The translations under genes were made by a program, and so were the position numbers. This document shows, one piece after another, positions 10,295 to 19,677 of a DNA stretch of 64,000 bases. The notes under the pieces are model-generated. The model ran no database searches and was not told the origin of the DNA. It saw only the letters and a list, made by a program, of their open reading frames with translations. Source of the stretch: an uncultured Chloroflexia bacterium (lineage in GTDB: Bacteria > Chloroflexota > Limnocylindria > Limnocylindrales > CSP1-4); contig CAWHDR010000001.1 in the NCBI GenBank assembly GCA_963828165.1, positions 1,792,001 through 1,856,000 on the forward strand, read 5' to 3'. Position 1 is the first letter of the stretch, and each line of letters starts with the position of its first letter.

Positions 10295-11044
10295 TCAATA
10301 CCCGCCTTCGGCGCCCGCGCCGGCCGCGGTCGTGACCGGTGCCTGACCGGCTTTCCGCGCTCGGAAGTCGTCGATGATCGTGCTGGTCGCCGTAGCGCCG
10401 ATGCGCGTGGTGCCGAGCGCCATGACCTCGAGGAGGGCATCCAGGGTCCGAACGCCGCCGGCGGCCTTGACCCCGATGTGCGGCCCCGTGTTCGCGCGCA
10501 TGAGCCGAAGGTCGTCGTGGGTGGCCCCACCCGGCGCGAACCCGGTGGACGTCTTCACGAAGTCGGCGCCGGCGGCCTCTGACAGCCGGCAGGCGCGGAT
10601 CTTCTCGTCGTCGGTCAGGTAAGCGTTCTCGAAGATGACCTTGACGATCGCGCCGGCCGCATGGGCGACTTCGACGATGGCGGCGATGTCGGCCCCGACA
10701 TCGGCGTCGCGGCCGGCCTTCAGGGCGCCGATCTGGATGACCATGTCGAGCTCGGTCGCGCCATCGGCGAGGGCCTGCTTCGCCTCGAACACCTTGGTCT
10801 CGGTGCGGTGGTTGCCGTGCGGGAAGCCGATGGTGGTCCCGACGGCCACGTCCGTGCCGGCGAGGATGGCCGCTGCGCGGACGACGTCTGCCGGCCGGAC
10901 GCACACGCTCGCGACGTCGTAGTCGGCGGCCAGCCGGCAGCCATCTTCGACGAAGGCGTCGTCGAGCTCGGGGCGCAGCAGCGAGTGGTCGATCGCCTTG
11001 GCGATGTCCCGTTCCGTCAGCGCGTCGAAGTCGATGGTCGACAT
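10295..11044 (-). CDS. deoC: Deoxyribose-phosphate aldolase (DeoC family)
   Basis: IDHSLLRP, IGFPHG, GATELDMV, KVIFE, FVKTSTGF, VKAAGGVR. Confidence 0.9.
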   Translation of the reverse strand: MSTIDFDALTERDIAKAIDHSLLRPELDDAFVEDGCRLAADYDVASVCVRPADVVRAAAILAGTDVAVGTTIGFPHGNHRTETKVFEAKQALADGATELDMVIQIGALKAGRDADVGADIAAIVEVAHAAGAIVKVIFENAYLTDDEKIRACRLSEAAGADFVKTSTGFAPGGATHDDLRLMRANTGPHIGVKAAGGVRTLDALLEVMALGTTRIGATATSTIIDDFRARKAGQAPVTTAAGAGAEGGY

Positions 11045-11052
11045 GGGTTCGC

Positions 11053-11967
11053 TCACTTGATGTATGGACGAAGGACGTCGCGGGCGAGCAGGAATCCGCG
11101 CTTGATCAGGTCGTCGGTCTTCTCGAAGTCCCGATCCTCGTGCTCGATGATCACGTCGCCGTCGAAGCCCGCTCGCCACAGGCCGGCGAACAGCGGGGCC
11201 CACTCGACGTCGCCGAGCCCGGGCAGGCGCGGGATCTGCCAGCCGATCCCGAGCGCGAACACGCCGCGTTCGTAGAGGGCCTCCCGGTCGATCGTCAGGT
11301 CCTTGGCCTGCACGTGGAGGATGTGCGGCCCGAACTCCCGGATGAACCTCGGGATGTCGATCATCTGCAGGATGAGGTGCGACGGATCGAAGTTGAGCCC
11401 GATCGTGCCGCCCCACTCCTCGAGGATCCGGCGCCAGATGCGCGGCGTCGTCGCGAGGTTGTGCCCACCGGGCCACTCGTCGTCGCTGAAGAGCATCGGG
11501 CAGTTCTCGATCGTGATCTGGCGGCCATGGTCCTTCGCGAATGCCACGATGTCCGGCCAGACCTTGAGCGCCTCCTGCCAGTTCGCGTCCTGGGTCTTTG
11601 CGGCGTCGGCGCCCATGAACGTGTTCACGAGGGGGACGTTCATCTTCTCGGCCGCGGTGATCACGTGCCTCAGGTGGCCGATGACGGTCTCCCGATGCGC
11701 CGCGTCCGGATGCAGCGGGTTCGGGTAGTAGCCCAGGCCGGAGATCGTCAGGCCCTTGCCCTTGATCTCGTCGACGATCTCGGTCGCCTGTGACGCGGAG
11801 AGGTCGGCGACATCGATGTGGGACGTGCCCGCATACCGTCGCGTCTGCCCGCTCGAGCGCGGCCAGCACGCGATCTCGACGCTTTCGAATCCGTTGGCGG
11901 CCGTCCAGTCGACGACCTCGGTGAGTGGCGTCTCGGGGAAGGGCGCGGTCAGCAGACCGAGCCTCAT
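11053..11967 (-). CDS. Sugar phosphate isomerase/epimerase (xylose-isomerase-like TIM barrel)
   Basis: IENCPM, GLNFDPSH, HVQAKD, PGLGDVEW, IIEHED. Confidence 0.88.
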   Translation of the reverse strand: MRLGLLTAPFPETPLTEVVDWTAANGFESVEIACWPRSSGQTRRYAGTSHIDVADLSASQATEIVDEIKGKGLTISGLGYYPNPLHPDAAHRETVIGHLRHVITAAEKMNVPLVNTFMGADAAKTQDANWQEALKVWPDIVAFAKDHGRQITIENCPMLFSDDEWPGGHNLATTPRIWRRILEEWGGTIGLNFDPSHLILQMIDIPRFIREFGPHILHVQAKDLTIDREALYERGVFALGIGWQIPRLPGLGDVEWAPLFAGLWRAGFDGDVIIEHEDRDFEKTDDLIKRGFLLARDVLRPYIK

Positions 11968-13181
11968 CGGACGGGTTCCGAGGTGACGCGGTCCGAGGTG
12001 ACGCGGTCCGCGGTGGCGGCCGTCCCGCTGCGGTCCACCTGGACCCATCGACCCTCGCGGGCGCTCCGCGCGATCGCATCTCCCACGAGCATCTCGTCAT
12101 GGCCGTCTGCGAACGTGGGATAGCTGGGGCGGGAGGAGGGCGCCCCGGCCACCACGTCCGCGTAGACGGCCCGGAAGTGGGCGCAGAAGGTATCGAAGAA
12201 CCCCTCGACGTGACCGGCCGGCAGCGACGAGGCTGCCTGCCCCGCGGCCCCCATCAAGGCTGGGTTGCGGATCAGGATCTCGTTGGGGCGCTCGCGGTGC
12301 CCGGCCCACGCCTGGTCTGGCTGCTCGGAATCCCATCCCCAGGCGCCCTCGGAGCCGTCGATCTCATAGACGAGCGAGTTCTTCCGGCCCGGGCTGATCT
12401 GGCTGATGCTCACCGCGCCCCTGGCACCGCCATCGAAGCGGAGCAGGATGGACGCCGTATCCTCGGTCGAGATCTCGCGCTCCAGGGTCTCCGCGGAGCG
12501 AGCCGTCGAGAACGTTTCGACGGGACCGGTGGGCTCGTGCCGCGTGCCGATGAACGTCGACAGGTCGGCCATGACCTCGCTGACGTGCTGGCCGGTGACG
12601 AACGTCATCAGATCGAGCCAGTGGGACCCGATATCGCCGACCGCGCGCAAGGCGCCACCGCGGTCTGGCTGCAGCCGCCAGTTCCAGTCGCTCTCGAGGA
12701 GCAGCCAGTCCTGGAAATAGCGACCGGTCACCAGGCGTACCTCACCCAGACCGCCATCGGCGATGAGCTCGTGCGCGTGCTGGTTGAGGGGGTAGTAGCG
12801 GATGTTGAAGTTCGTCGCATTCACGAGGCCGCTCGACGAGGCCAGGCGGACGAGCTCGGCCGATTCGTGGGCCGTCATGGCGAGCGGCTTCTCGCAGACG
12901 ACATGCTTGCCGGCTGCGAGGATCTCCCGGCTCTGGCTCACGTGCAGGTCGTTGGGAGAGGTGACGTGGACGACGTCGACGGCGTCGTCTGCCAGCAGGG
13001 CCTCCAATGATGGGTAGGCATGGCTGACGCCGAGCGCCTCGGCTCGCGCCTTGCCACGTTCCGGGCTGCTGCCCAGTACGCCCCGAACCTGGACGCCGAT
13101 CCGCCGCAGTGCTTCCACGTGGACCGTGCCGATGAACCCTGTACCGATGACGGCGGCGCCGATGTCGGCGATCGATCCCAT
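11964..13181 (-). CDS. Gfo/Idh/MocA family oxidoreductase
   Basis: IGTGFIG, GKHVVCEKP, DIGSHWLD. Confidence 0.9.
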   Translation of the reverse strand: MGSIADIGAAVIGTGFIGTVHVEALRRIGVQVRGVLGSSPERGKARAEALGVSHAYPSLEALLADDAVDVVHVTSPNDLHVSQSREILAAGKHVVCEKPLAMTAHESAELVRLASSSGLVNATNFNIRYYPLNQHAHELIADGGLGEVRLVTGRYFQDWLLLESDWNWRLQPDRGGALRAVGDIGSHWLDLMTFVTGQHVSEVMADLSTFIGTRHEPTGPVETFSTARSAETLEREISTEDTASILLRFDGGARGAVSISQISPGRKNSLVYEIDGSEGAWGWDSEQPDQAWAGHRERPNEILIRNPALMGAAGQAASSLPAGHVEGFFDTFCAHFRAVYADVVAGAPSSRPSYPTFADGHDEMLVGDAIARSAREGRWVQVDRSGTAATADRVTSDRVTSEPVR

Positions 13182-13322
13182 CGTTCCTGATTCACCCACT
13201 GGCTGATGCGCACAAACGTCTAGACATTCTAGCGGACGATCCTCGCCGGTTGGAAGCTGCGCCCGCGTTGGCGCACCAAAGGGTCCCTCCCGGTCCCTCT
13301 GACCCCTGCCGCCGCATCATCC

Positions 13323-13480
13323 TAGTTTGTCCTGTCAAGTGCAAAAGAGGTGCGCCTCGCCACCGTCGTTCGGTGTCTTCCCGAAGGGGACTGACCCCTC
13401 CCAGACCGGATCGCTTCAACACGCGGCGTCATGCGTTATGCACATCGTGGCAGTACTTAAGTTCTTGACAGAGATAAGTA
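13323..13480. promoter_or_regulatory. Divergent promoter region with two oppositely oriented ~25-bp operator-like sites
   Basis: Minus 13347-13323 CTTTTGCACTTGACAGGACAAACTA and plus 13456-13480 CTTAAGTTCTTGACAGAGATAAGTA, each running into a -10-like hexamer (TAGGAT / TATAGT). Confidence 0.5.
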
Positions 13481-13577
13481 TAGTGGCCGAGGACGCCAGG
13501 TTGCCAGCCCAGCGGGACGTGCTACCACCAACGCGCCACGGAGACCGCGGGCCGACCTGACCGTCGAAGGAGGCACG

Positions 13578-14837
13578 ATGGTGCTCGACAGGAAGCTCAG
13601 TCGGCGACGATTGCTTCAGGCTGGCGCAGCAGGCGCCGCAGCGGCCGCGCTCCTACCGCTGGGCCCCTCGGGGGTCTTCGCGGCCGGCAATGGCCGACTC
13701 ATCCCAGCCGGCAAGGTCGGTACGATCACCTTCACCCAGCGAGACGTGCCGGGCCGCATGGGCATCTCGACCGGGAGCGCCACCATGGGGTTCCTCGGCG
13801 GAGACAACTTCCCGGAGGATCCCAACGATCTCGGACCGCTCGTCCCGCTGCCGGGCGGCTGGAAGGAGCTCTTCGAGTACCTCAGCGCGGTGGGCTTCAC
13901 CCAGATCGAGTTCGCGGGCTACGGGCAGAATGCGGCCAACCCGGGTGGCGCACAGCCGAATCCGACGACGAATCGGGCCGGATACCTCTCGTACGCCGCC
14001 ACGCTGCGTGGATTCCTCGACGACAACGGTCTCGAGGCCATCGGCAATCACGGCTTCATCCCGAACACGTGGCCCGGCCCCAATAGCGCCGGCGGCGCGA
14101 TGTCCACGGCCGACTACGACCGGTACCAGACGGAGCTCGAGTTCGCCTCGATCCTCGGGATGCCATTCATGGGCACGGGCAACGATCCGACCAGTGCCAA
14201 CAACCGCAACATCGAGCCATGGACGATCGCCGGCGAGAAGTGGGACGCGCTCAACACGCTCAGCCTGGCGTGGGGCATCCACCTCTATCCGCACAACCAC
14301 TCGCCCGCCTACAACTTCCTCCAGGACGGCCCGACCGTGATGGCAACCCAGGACCGCCTGACCGGCGCCCCGATCGCCCCGACACCCGTCCGCGGGGAAT
14401 CCGGCAAGCGGCTGATGCAGCACTATCTCGACATCACCAACCCCGAGCTGTGCCTCATCGAGATGGACATCTTCTGGGCGTACGTCGCGCAGCACCAGCA
14501 TCGCTGGCGCTACGACTGGGAGGGCAACCGCGTCGAGGACATCTTCGATCCGCTGGCCACGGTCGCGATGCAGACCAAGCGCTTCCCGCTGTACCACGCC
14601 AAGGACGGCGACAAGGTCGACGGCGCTCCGCCGTCGCAGAACGGCTACAACATGATCCCGTTCGGCGACCCTCGAAGCGACATCGACTTCGCGACCTTCT
14701 TCAAGAAGCAGGGCGCGAAGGGCTCCCACAATCCCAACTACGAGCAGGACAACGCTCCGGGCGGCGGTGCCGATCCTGGTCGGTCCTTGCGGTTCTCCCA
14801 CATCAGCGCAGCGAATATGAACGCCCTTCGCGGGTAG
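13578..14837 (+). CDS. Tat-exported xylose-isomerase-like TIM barrel (sugar isomerase/lyase family)
   Basis: Twin-arginine signal SRRRLL; YPHNH, EMDIFW, YHAKDG, YEQD; AAGGAGG RBS. Confidence 0.8.
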   Translation: MVLDRKLSRRRLLQAGAAGAAAAALLPLGPSGVFAAGNGRLIPAGKVGTITFTQRDVPGRMGISTGSATMGFLGGDNFPEDPNDLGPLVPLPGGWKELFEYLSAVGFTQIEFAGYGQNAANPGGAQPNPTTNRAGYLSYAATLRGFLDDNGLEAIGNHGFIPNTWPGPNSAGGAMSTADYDRYQTELEFASILGMPFMGTGNDPTSANNRNIEPWTIAGEKWDALNTLSLAWGIHLYPHNHSPAYNFLQDGPTVMATQDRLTGAPIAPTPVRGESGKRLMQHYLDITNPELCLIEMDIFWAYVAQHQHRWRYDWEGNRVEDIFDPLATVAMQTKRFPLYHAKDGDKVDGAPPSQNGYNMIPFGDPRSDIDFATFFKKQGAKGSHNPNYEQDNAPGGGADPGRSLRFSHISAANMNALRG

Positions 14838-14863
14838 CGCTCACTCGACCCCCGCGACCGGTA

Positions 14864-14898
14864 GGGGCGCCCGGGGCCGTCACGGCTCCGGGCGCCCC
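14864..14898 (+). terminator. GC-rich intergenic hairpin
   Basis: GGGGCGCCCGGGGCCG-tca-CGGCTCCGGGCGCCCC. Confidence 0.5.
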
Positions 14899-14994
14899 CG
14901 TTCGTATCGGCCAACGACCCATCGTCCGCCCGCGCTCCTTGGCGCGTGCGAGCCGTCCGATTCGCTCTGTTCAAGGGACTGGAGGCAGGATCCG

Positions 14995-17900
14995 TTGCGC
15001 AAGGCCATCACGTTGTTGGGCCTGCTGGCCCTCGTCGGCTCGCTCGCTGCGCCCGCCGTGGCGCTGGCGGCGCCAGCCGACAAATACCGGATCTTCGTAT
15101 TCACGAACGGCGCACCGGCCTACGCCCAGAAGGGCGTCAAGGCGATCAGGGATCTCGGCAAGGCCAACGGGTTCGGGGTCCAGTCGAACGGCGACGCCGG
15201 CTTGTTCACGGAGGCCGACCTCGCGCGGTTCCGCGCGGTCGTCTTCCTCGATACCACCGGCAGTCCCCTGAATGCTGCCCAGGAAGCCGCCTTCCAGGCG
15301 TACTTCCGCAACGGCGGTGGGTTCGTCGGCGTCGGGTCGGCGGTCGAGACCGAGCCCGACTGGCAGTTCCTCACGGACGTCCTCGGGACGCGCTCTGCGG
15401 GCAAGCTCGGTGCCCAGACGGTCACGAACAAGGTCGCAGACCGTCTGCACGACGCGAGCAAGAACCTGCCGGAGTACTGGAACCTCAACGACACGTACTA
15501 CAACTGGACCTCCAACGTCCGCGGCCTGAGTCACGTGCTGACGACGGTCAGCGGCGCCCCATTCAACCGAACCGGCGACGGGCCCACGATCAACGCCCTG
15601 ACCGGCGGCACCATGGGCGCCGATCATCCGGTCACGTGGTGCAAGGACTACCAGGGTGGACGCTCGTACTACACGAACCACGGCGCCTCCTCCGCGGCGT
15701 GGAACGACGCCAACCTCCTCAAGGAGCTGCTCGGCGCGATCAAGTGGGCTGCCGGCGACTCCGATCCGATCTTCAGCGACTGCGGCGCGACGGTCCGCGC
15801 GAACTACCAGCAGTCATTCGTTGCCGCTCCGCCAAACCTGAGCGAGCCGATCGGGTTCGACGTGCTACCCGACGGCTCCGGCCGCGTGATCCAGACCGAT
15901 CGCCGCGGTGGCGTCCGGCTCCACGACCCGGCCACGAACTCGACGACCCTCATCGCCCAGATCCCGGTCTATATCGCGAATGAGGACGGGATGTACGGGC
16001 CTGAGGTGGACAACGACTTCAATACGAACAAGTGGGTGTACCTGTTCTACTCGCCGCCGACAGTCGAGGACGTGAAGTTCGCGGACGGGACGCTCCATAC
16101 CGTGACATCCCCGCTGAACGATCCGGCGACGCCGCAAAACGAGCAGAACGCGCCCAACTTCGCAGCCGACCTCAGCGCCTGGGATCAGTACCTTGGGTAC
16201 TTCCAGCTCTCGCGCTTCAAGTTCGTCGAGGCGAGCGGCGGCACGGCGGCCCATCTCGACCTGGCAAGCGAGCAGCAGATCCTGCGCGTCCCGCAGAATC
16301 GCGGCGCGTGCTGCCACGTCGCAGGCGACATCGACTTCGACTCGCAGAACAACCTGTTGCTGGTCACGGGTGACGACACGCCGGCCGGCGGGGGCAACTC
16401 CGGCGGCTTCGGCCCCTTCAACGGCCAGAAGACGAACGAGGTCCAGCAGGTCAACGTCACCGGCGCGAGCGGCGGCACGTTCACGCTCACGTTCGATGGC
16501 CAGACCACGGCTCCCATCGCCTTCCCGCTCGTCAACACGGCGATCGAGACCGCCCTCGAGGAGCTCGACAACCTTACCGACGTCGCCGTGACCGGCAACG
16601 CCGGCACGAACCGCCAGGTCAACTTCGCCGGCAACAAGGAGGGCCTGGACGTCCCGCTCATGACCGCGGACGCGTCGGGCCTGACCGGAACGGCCCCGCA
16701 GGCGAGCGTTGCGCTGGCGACGATCAACAACGGCCAGGGCATCCAGATCCCGGCCGAGGCCGGGCTCTACAACAGCCCGCACGTCGACGCCCGCCGCAGC
16801 GCGCTGAACACGAACGACCTGCGCGGCAAGCTGCTGCGGATCACCGTCAAGGACGGAGATATCACGCCCGCGGAGAGGAACACCTTCGGGGACGCGTACA
16901 CCGTGCCCGCGGGCAACCTGTACCCGGTCGGGACGGCACTGACGAGGCCGGAGGTCTACGCGATGGGCTTCCGCAATCCGTTCCGTCTCACGCTGGACAA
17001 GGACGACGTCGCCTACATCAGCGACTACTCGCCGGACTCGCCGGTGCCACAGCAGTTCCGCGGCCCGGCCGGGACCGGCCGCTACATGGTCGTCCGGGAG
17101 CCCTCGAATTACGGCTGGCCGCTCTGCTACAAGACCGACCTCCCGTACTACAAGTGGGACTTCAATACGTCGACCCCGCTTCCGAGCTTGGCCGCCCCTG
17201 AGACGCACGAGTGCGACAACCCGGGGCACGGGCCGGAGAACACGTCTCCATGGGTCGCGAACGGCGGTCCGACCGTCGAGGCCGGGCTCCAGACGGTGCC
17301 ATCGATCACCAACCCGGAGATCTGGTACTCGGGCCGCGACAACTCGGCGCCACCGAATGGCCCGCAGGGGACGCAGTGCTTCGCGAGCTACGGGCCGGGC
17401 GCTCCTGCCGATCCGGTCGGCGCCTGCCCGCAGCTCTTCCCGGAGCTCTACACCGGGGGCATCGGCCCGCACGGGACCGCCCCGTACGACTACGACCCCC
17501 TCAACCCGAATCCGACGAAGTTCCCGCCCTATTGGGACGGGGCGTTCATGGTCGGCGAGTTCACGCAGGACACGATGCGCGAGATCCGACTGGACTCGGC
17601 CGGCAACGTCCACAAGATCAACAACACGCTCCCCTGTGGTCCGGTGCCCGCGACCCCCGCGCGGCCGTGGCTCTGCGACAACCCCATGGACATGGAGTTC
17701 GGGCCGGACGGCACGTTCTACCTGCTCACCTACGGTGACGGCTTCTTCGCCATCAACCCCGATGCCGGGATGATGCGTTGGGAGTACGTGAAGGGACTGC
17801 GCGCGCCGGTCGCGGTCGTATCAGCCACACCGACCGATGGGCCGGCTCCAGTCACGGTGGCCTTCTCGAGCGCGGGCTCGAACGACGCCGACCCTGGCGA

Positions 17901-18813
17901 CTCGATCCGCTTCGAGTGGGACTTCGATGGCAACGGGACGGTCGACTCGATCGAGCCGAACCCGACCCACACCTATACGACGACCGGGCAATTCACCGCG
18001 AAGCTCTCGGTGATCGACTCGAGCGGCAAGATCGGGTCGGCCAACACGACGATCACGGTCGGCAACACGGCGCCGGTCGTGACCGTGAACGCCCCGGTCG
18101 AAGGCGGGACGTTCGCCTTCGGCGAGGACATCCCGTTCACGGTGACGGTCACGGACCCGGAGGATGGTGCCATCGACTGCGCCGACGTCCAGGTGACGTT
18201 CGTCCTCGGCCATGACACGCACGGGCACGCCGAGGCATCGACCTCCGGCTGCTCGGGTGTCCTGCCGACGGACGAAGGTGACGTGTCGCACGGCGGCAAC
18301 GTCTTCGGCGTCATCAGCGCCTCGTACACCGACGGTGGAGGCAGCGGCGGCGTGCCGGCGCTCACGACCGTGGACCAGAACCAGGTCCGCCAGAAGCGCC
18401 AGGAAGTCGAGCACGTCGTCAACCAGTCCGGCACGAATACGGCGTCGTCAACCGATGTCGGTGGCGGCCTCCAGCGAGGCGGCCTCAGCGCCGGTGACTG
18501 GCTCCAGCTCAACGGCCCCTTCAACCTCCTCAACCTCGACACGATCACGTTCCGTACGTCCGGGGGCACCAACGGTGCCGCCACTGGCGCGGTCGAGATC
18601 CATCGCGACGCGGTCGACGGACCGATCGTGAGCACCGTGACCATCGTCGGTACTGCCGGCGGCGGGACCTACGCCAGCCAGACGTTCCCGATCGCGGACA
18701 GCGGGACCCACGAGTACTTCCTGGTCTTCCGTGCCGTCCCGACCGGACCCGGGAACAACTTCTTCAATCTCAACTGGATCGAATTTGGAGGGGCGGGGGT
18801 CTCGATCCCCTGA
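14995..18813 (+). CDS. Secreted multidomain protein: ThuA-like + glucose/sorbosone dehydrogenase (PQQ-type beta-propeller) + PKD + CBM6-like domain
   Basis: Signal peptide; ThuA motifs (NGGGFVG, DHPVTWC, GRSYYTNHG); GSDH motifs (CCHVAG, LRGKLLRI, YAMGFRNPFR, NYGWP); PKD (WDFDGNG..PTHTY); C-terminal NLNWIEF. Confidence 0.85.
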   Translation: MRKAITLLGLLALVGSLAAPAVALAAPADKYRIFVFTNGAPAYAQKGVKAIRDLGKANGFGVQSNGDAGLFTEADLARFRAVVFLDTTGSPLNAAQEAAFQAYFRNGGGFVGVGSAVETEPDWQFLTDVLGTRSAGKLGAQTVTNKVADRLHDASKNLPEYWNLNDTYYNWTSNVRGLSHVLTTVSGAPFNRTGDGPTINALTGGTMGADHPVTWCKDYQGGRSYYTNHGASSAAWNDANLLKELLGAIKWAAGDSDPIFSDCGATVRANYQQSFVAAPPNLSEPIGFDVLPDGSGRVIQTDRRGGVRLHDPATNSTTLIAQIPVYIANEDGMYGPEVDNDFNTNKWVYLFYSPPTVEDVKFADGTLHTVTSPLNDPATPQNEQNAPNFAADLSAWDQYLGYFQLSRFKFVEASGGTAAHLDLASEQQILRVPQNRGACCHVAGDIDFDSQNNLLLVTGDDTPAGGGNSGGFGPFNGQKTNEVQQVNVTGASGGTFTLTFDGQTTAPIAFPLVNTAIETALEELDNLTDVAVTGNAGTNRQVNFAGNKEGLDVPLMTADASGLTGTAPQASVALATINNGQGIQIPAEAGLYNSPHVDARRSALNTNDLRGKLLRITVKDGDITPAERNTFGDAYTVPAGNLYPVGTALTRPEVYAMGFRNPFRLTLDKDDVAYISDYSPDSPVPQQFRGPAGTGRYMVVREPSNYGWPLCYKTDLPYYKWDFNTSTPLPSLAAPETHECDNPGHGPENTSPWVANGGPTVEAGLQTVPSITNPEIWYSGRDNSAPPNGPQGTQCFASYGPGAPADPVGACPQLFPELYTGGIGPHGTAPYDYDPLNPNPTKFPPYWDGAFMVGEFTQDTMREIRLDSAGNVHKINNTLPCGPVPATPARPWLCDNPMDMEFGPDGTFYLLTYGDGFFAINPDAGMMRWEYVKGLRAPVAVVSATPTDGPAPVTVAFSSAGSNDADPGDSIRFEWDFDGNGTVDSIEPNPTHTYTTTGQFTAKLSVIDSSGKIGSANTTITVGNTAPVVTVNAPVEGGTFAFGEDIPFTVTVTDPEDGAIDCADVQVTFVLGHDTHGHAEASTSGCSGVLPTDEGDVSHGGNVFGVISASYTDGGGSGGVPALTTVDQNQVRQKRQEVEHVVNQSGTNTASSTDVGGGLQRGGLSAGDWLQLNGPFNLLNLDTITFRTSGGTNGAATGAVEIHRDAVDGPIVSTVTIVGTAGGGTYASQTFPIADSGTHEYFLVFRAVPTGPGNNFFNLNWIEFGGAGVSIP

Positions 18814-18827
18814 GCTTCCGTAAGGCC

Positions 18828-18858
18828 CGGGGACGGTCCGGCTCACGGACCGTCCCCG
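18828..18858. terminator. Hairpin between convergent genes
   Basis: CGGGGACGGTCCG-gctca-CGGACCGTCCCCG, 13-bp perfect stem. Confidence 0.65.
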
Positions 18859-18863
18859 CCGGA

Positions 18864-19607
18864 TCACGTCAGCCGGCGGATCCGGATATTTCGGAACCAG
18901 ACCTCCTCGCCGTGGTGCTGGAGGACCACGCCGCCGGTGTCGGCGGCCATGAAGCCCGGCAGATCCCGGAACTTGCTGGCGCCGACGAGCGTTCGCGCGT
19001 CGGCGCCGTTCCACTCATAGTCGATGACTCGGCTGCCGTTGAGCCAATGCTCGACCCGTTCGCGGTCGACCACGACCCGCCCCGTGTTGAACGTCCCGAC
19101 CGACTCCAGCCGCTTGTCGGCGTTCGGGGCGATGAGCCCGTACAGCGCCGCGGCCGAGGTGAGCGGCTCGCGGCCATCTGGATGCTCGCCATCGTCGAGC
19201 ACCTGGTATTCAGGGCCGGTCGTCCACGATGGCGCGTCGCTCTCGACGACGCGGTACAGGACGCCACTGTTGCCGCCCGGGCTCACGCGCCATTCGAATT
19301 CGAGCTCGAAATCGCCAAACGTCTCGCGCGTGACGAGGTCCATGCCGGTACCCGGCACGGCACGGAGCTCCCCGCCCTCGACGACCCAGCTGGTCGGGAA
19401 GGCGTCGGCGCCGTAGCCGCGAAGCGCGGCCGTGGACGAGCCGTCGAACAGGGCGATCCAGGGACCCTCCATGGGCGTGACCTCCGGCGTCGTGGCGATG
19501 GGTGCTGGGGAGTCGATCGTGCCGGCGCACGCCGTGACCGCGAGCACCATCGCGAGCATCGCGGCGCTTGCCGTCCGGATCGCATCGGGCCCCGCCGACT
19601 CCGTCAC
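18864..19607 (-). CDS. DUF1080 (3-keto-disaccharide hydrolase-like) lipoprotein
   Basis: Lipobox VTAC; WIALFDG, FGDFELEFEW, GNSGV, GPEYQVLD, LQHHGEEVWFRNIRI; start approximate. Confidence 0.87.
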   Translation of the reverse strand: MTESAGPDAIRTASAAMLAMVLAVTACAGTIDSPAPIATTPEVTPMEGPWIALFDGSSTAALRGYGADAFPTSWVVEGGELRAVPGTGMDLVTRETFGDFELEFEWRVSPGGNSGVLYRVVESDAPSWTTGPEYQVLDDGEHPDGREPLTSAAALYGLIAPNADKRLESVGTFNTGRVVVDRERVEHWLNGSRVIDYEWNGADARTLVGASKFRDLPGFMAADTGGVVLQHHGEEVWFRNIRIRRLT

Positions 19608-19677
19608 CCGGCCATGGTCCCCCAAACGCCCGATCCCGTCCGTTCAGGGCGTGACGTGCGGGCGCTATCATCGCGTG

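Noticed and set aside
9176-12010. Short tandem repeats (9176-9252, 11977-12010; also the leuS N-terminus) read as CRISPR or phase-variation elements
   Set aside because: Units are multiples of 3 with no spacers, encode linker or terminal peptides, and no cas genes are present.
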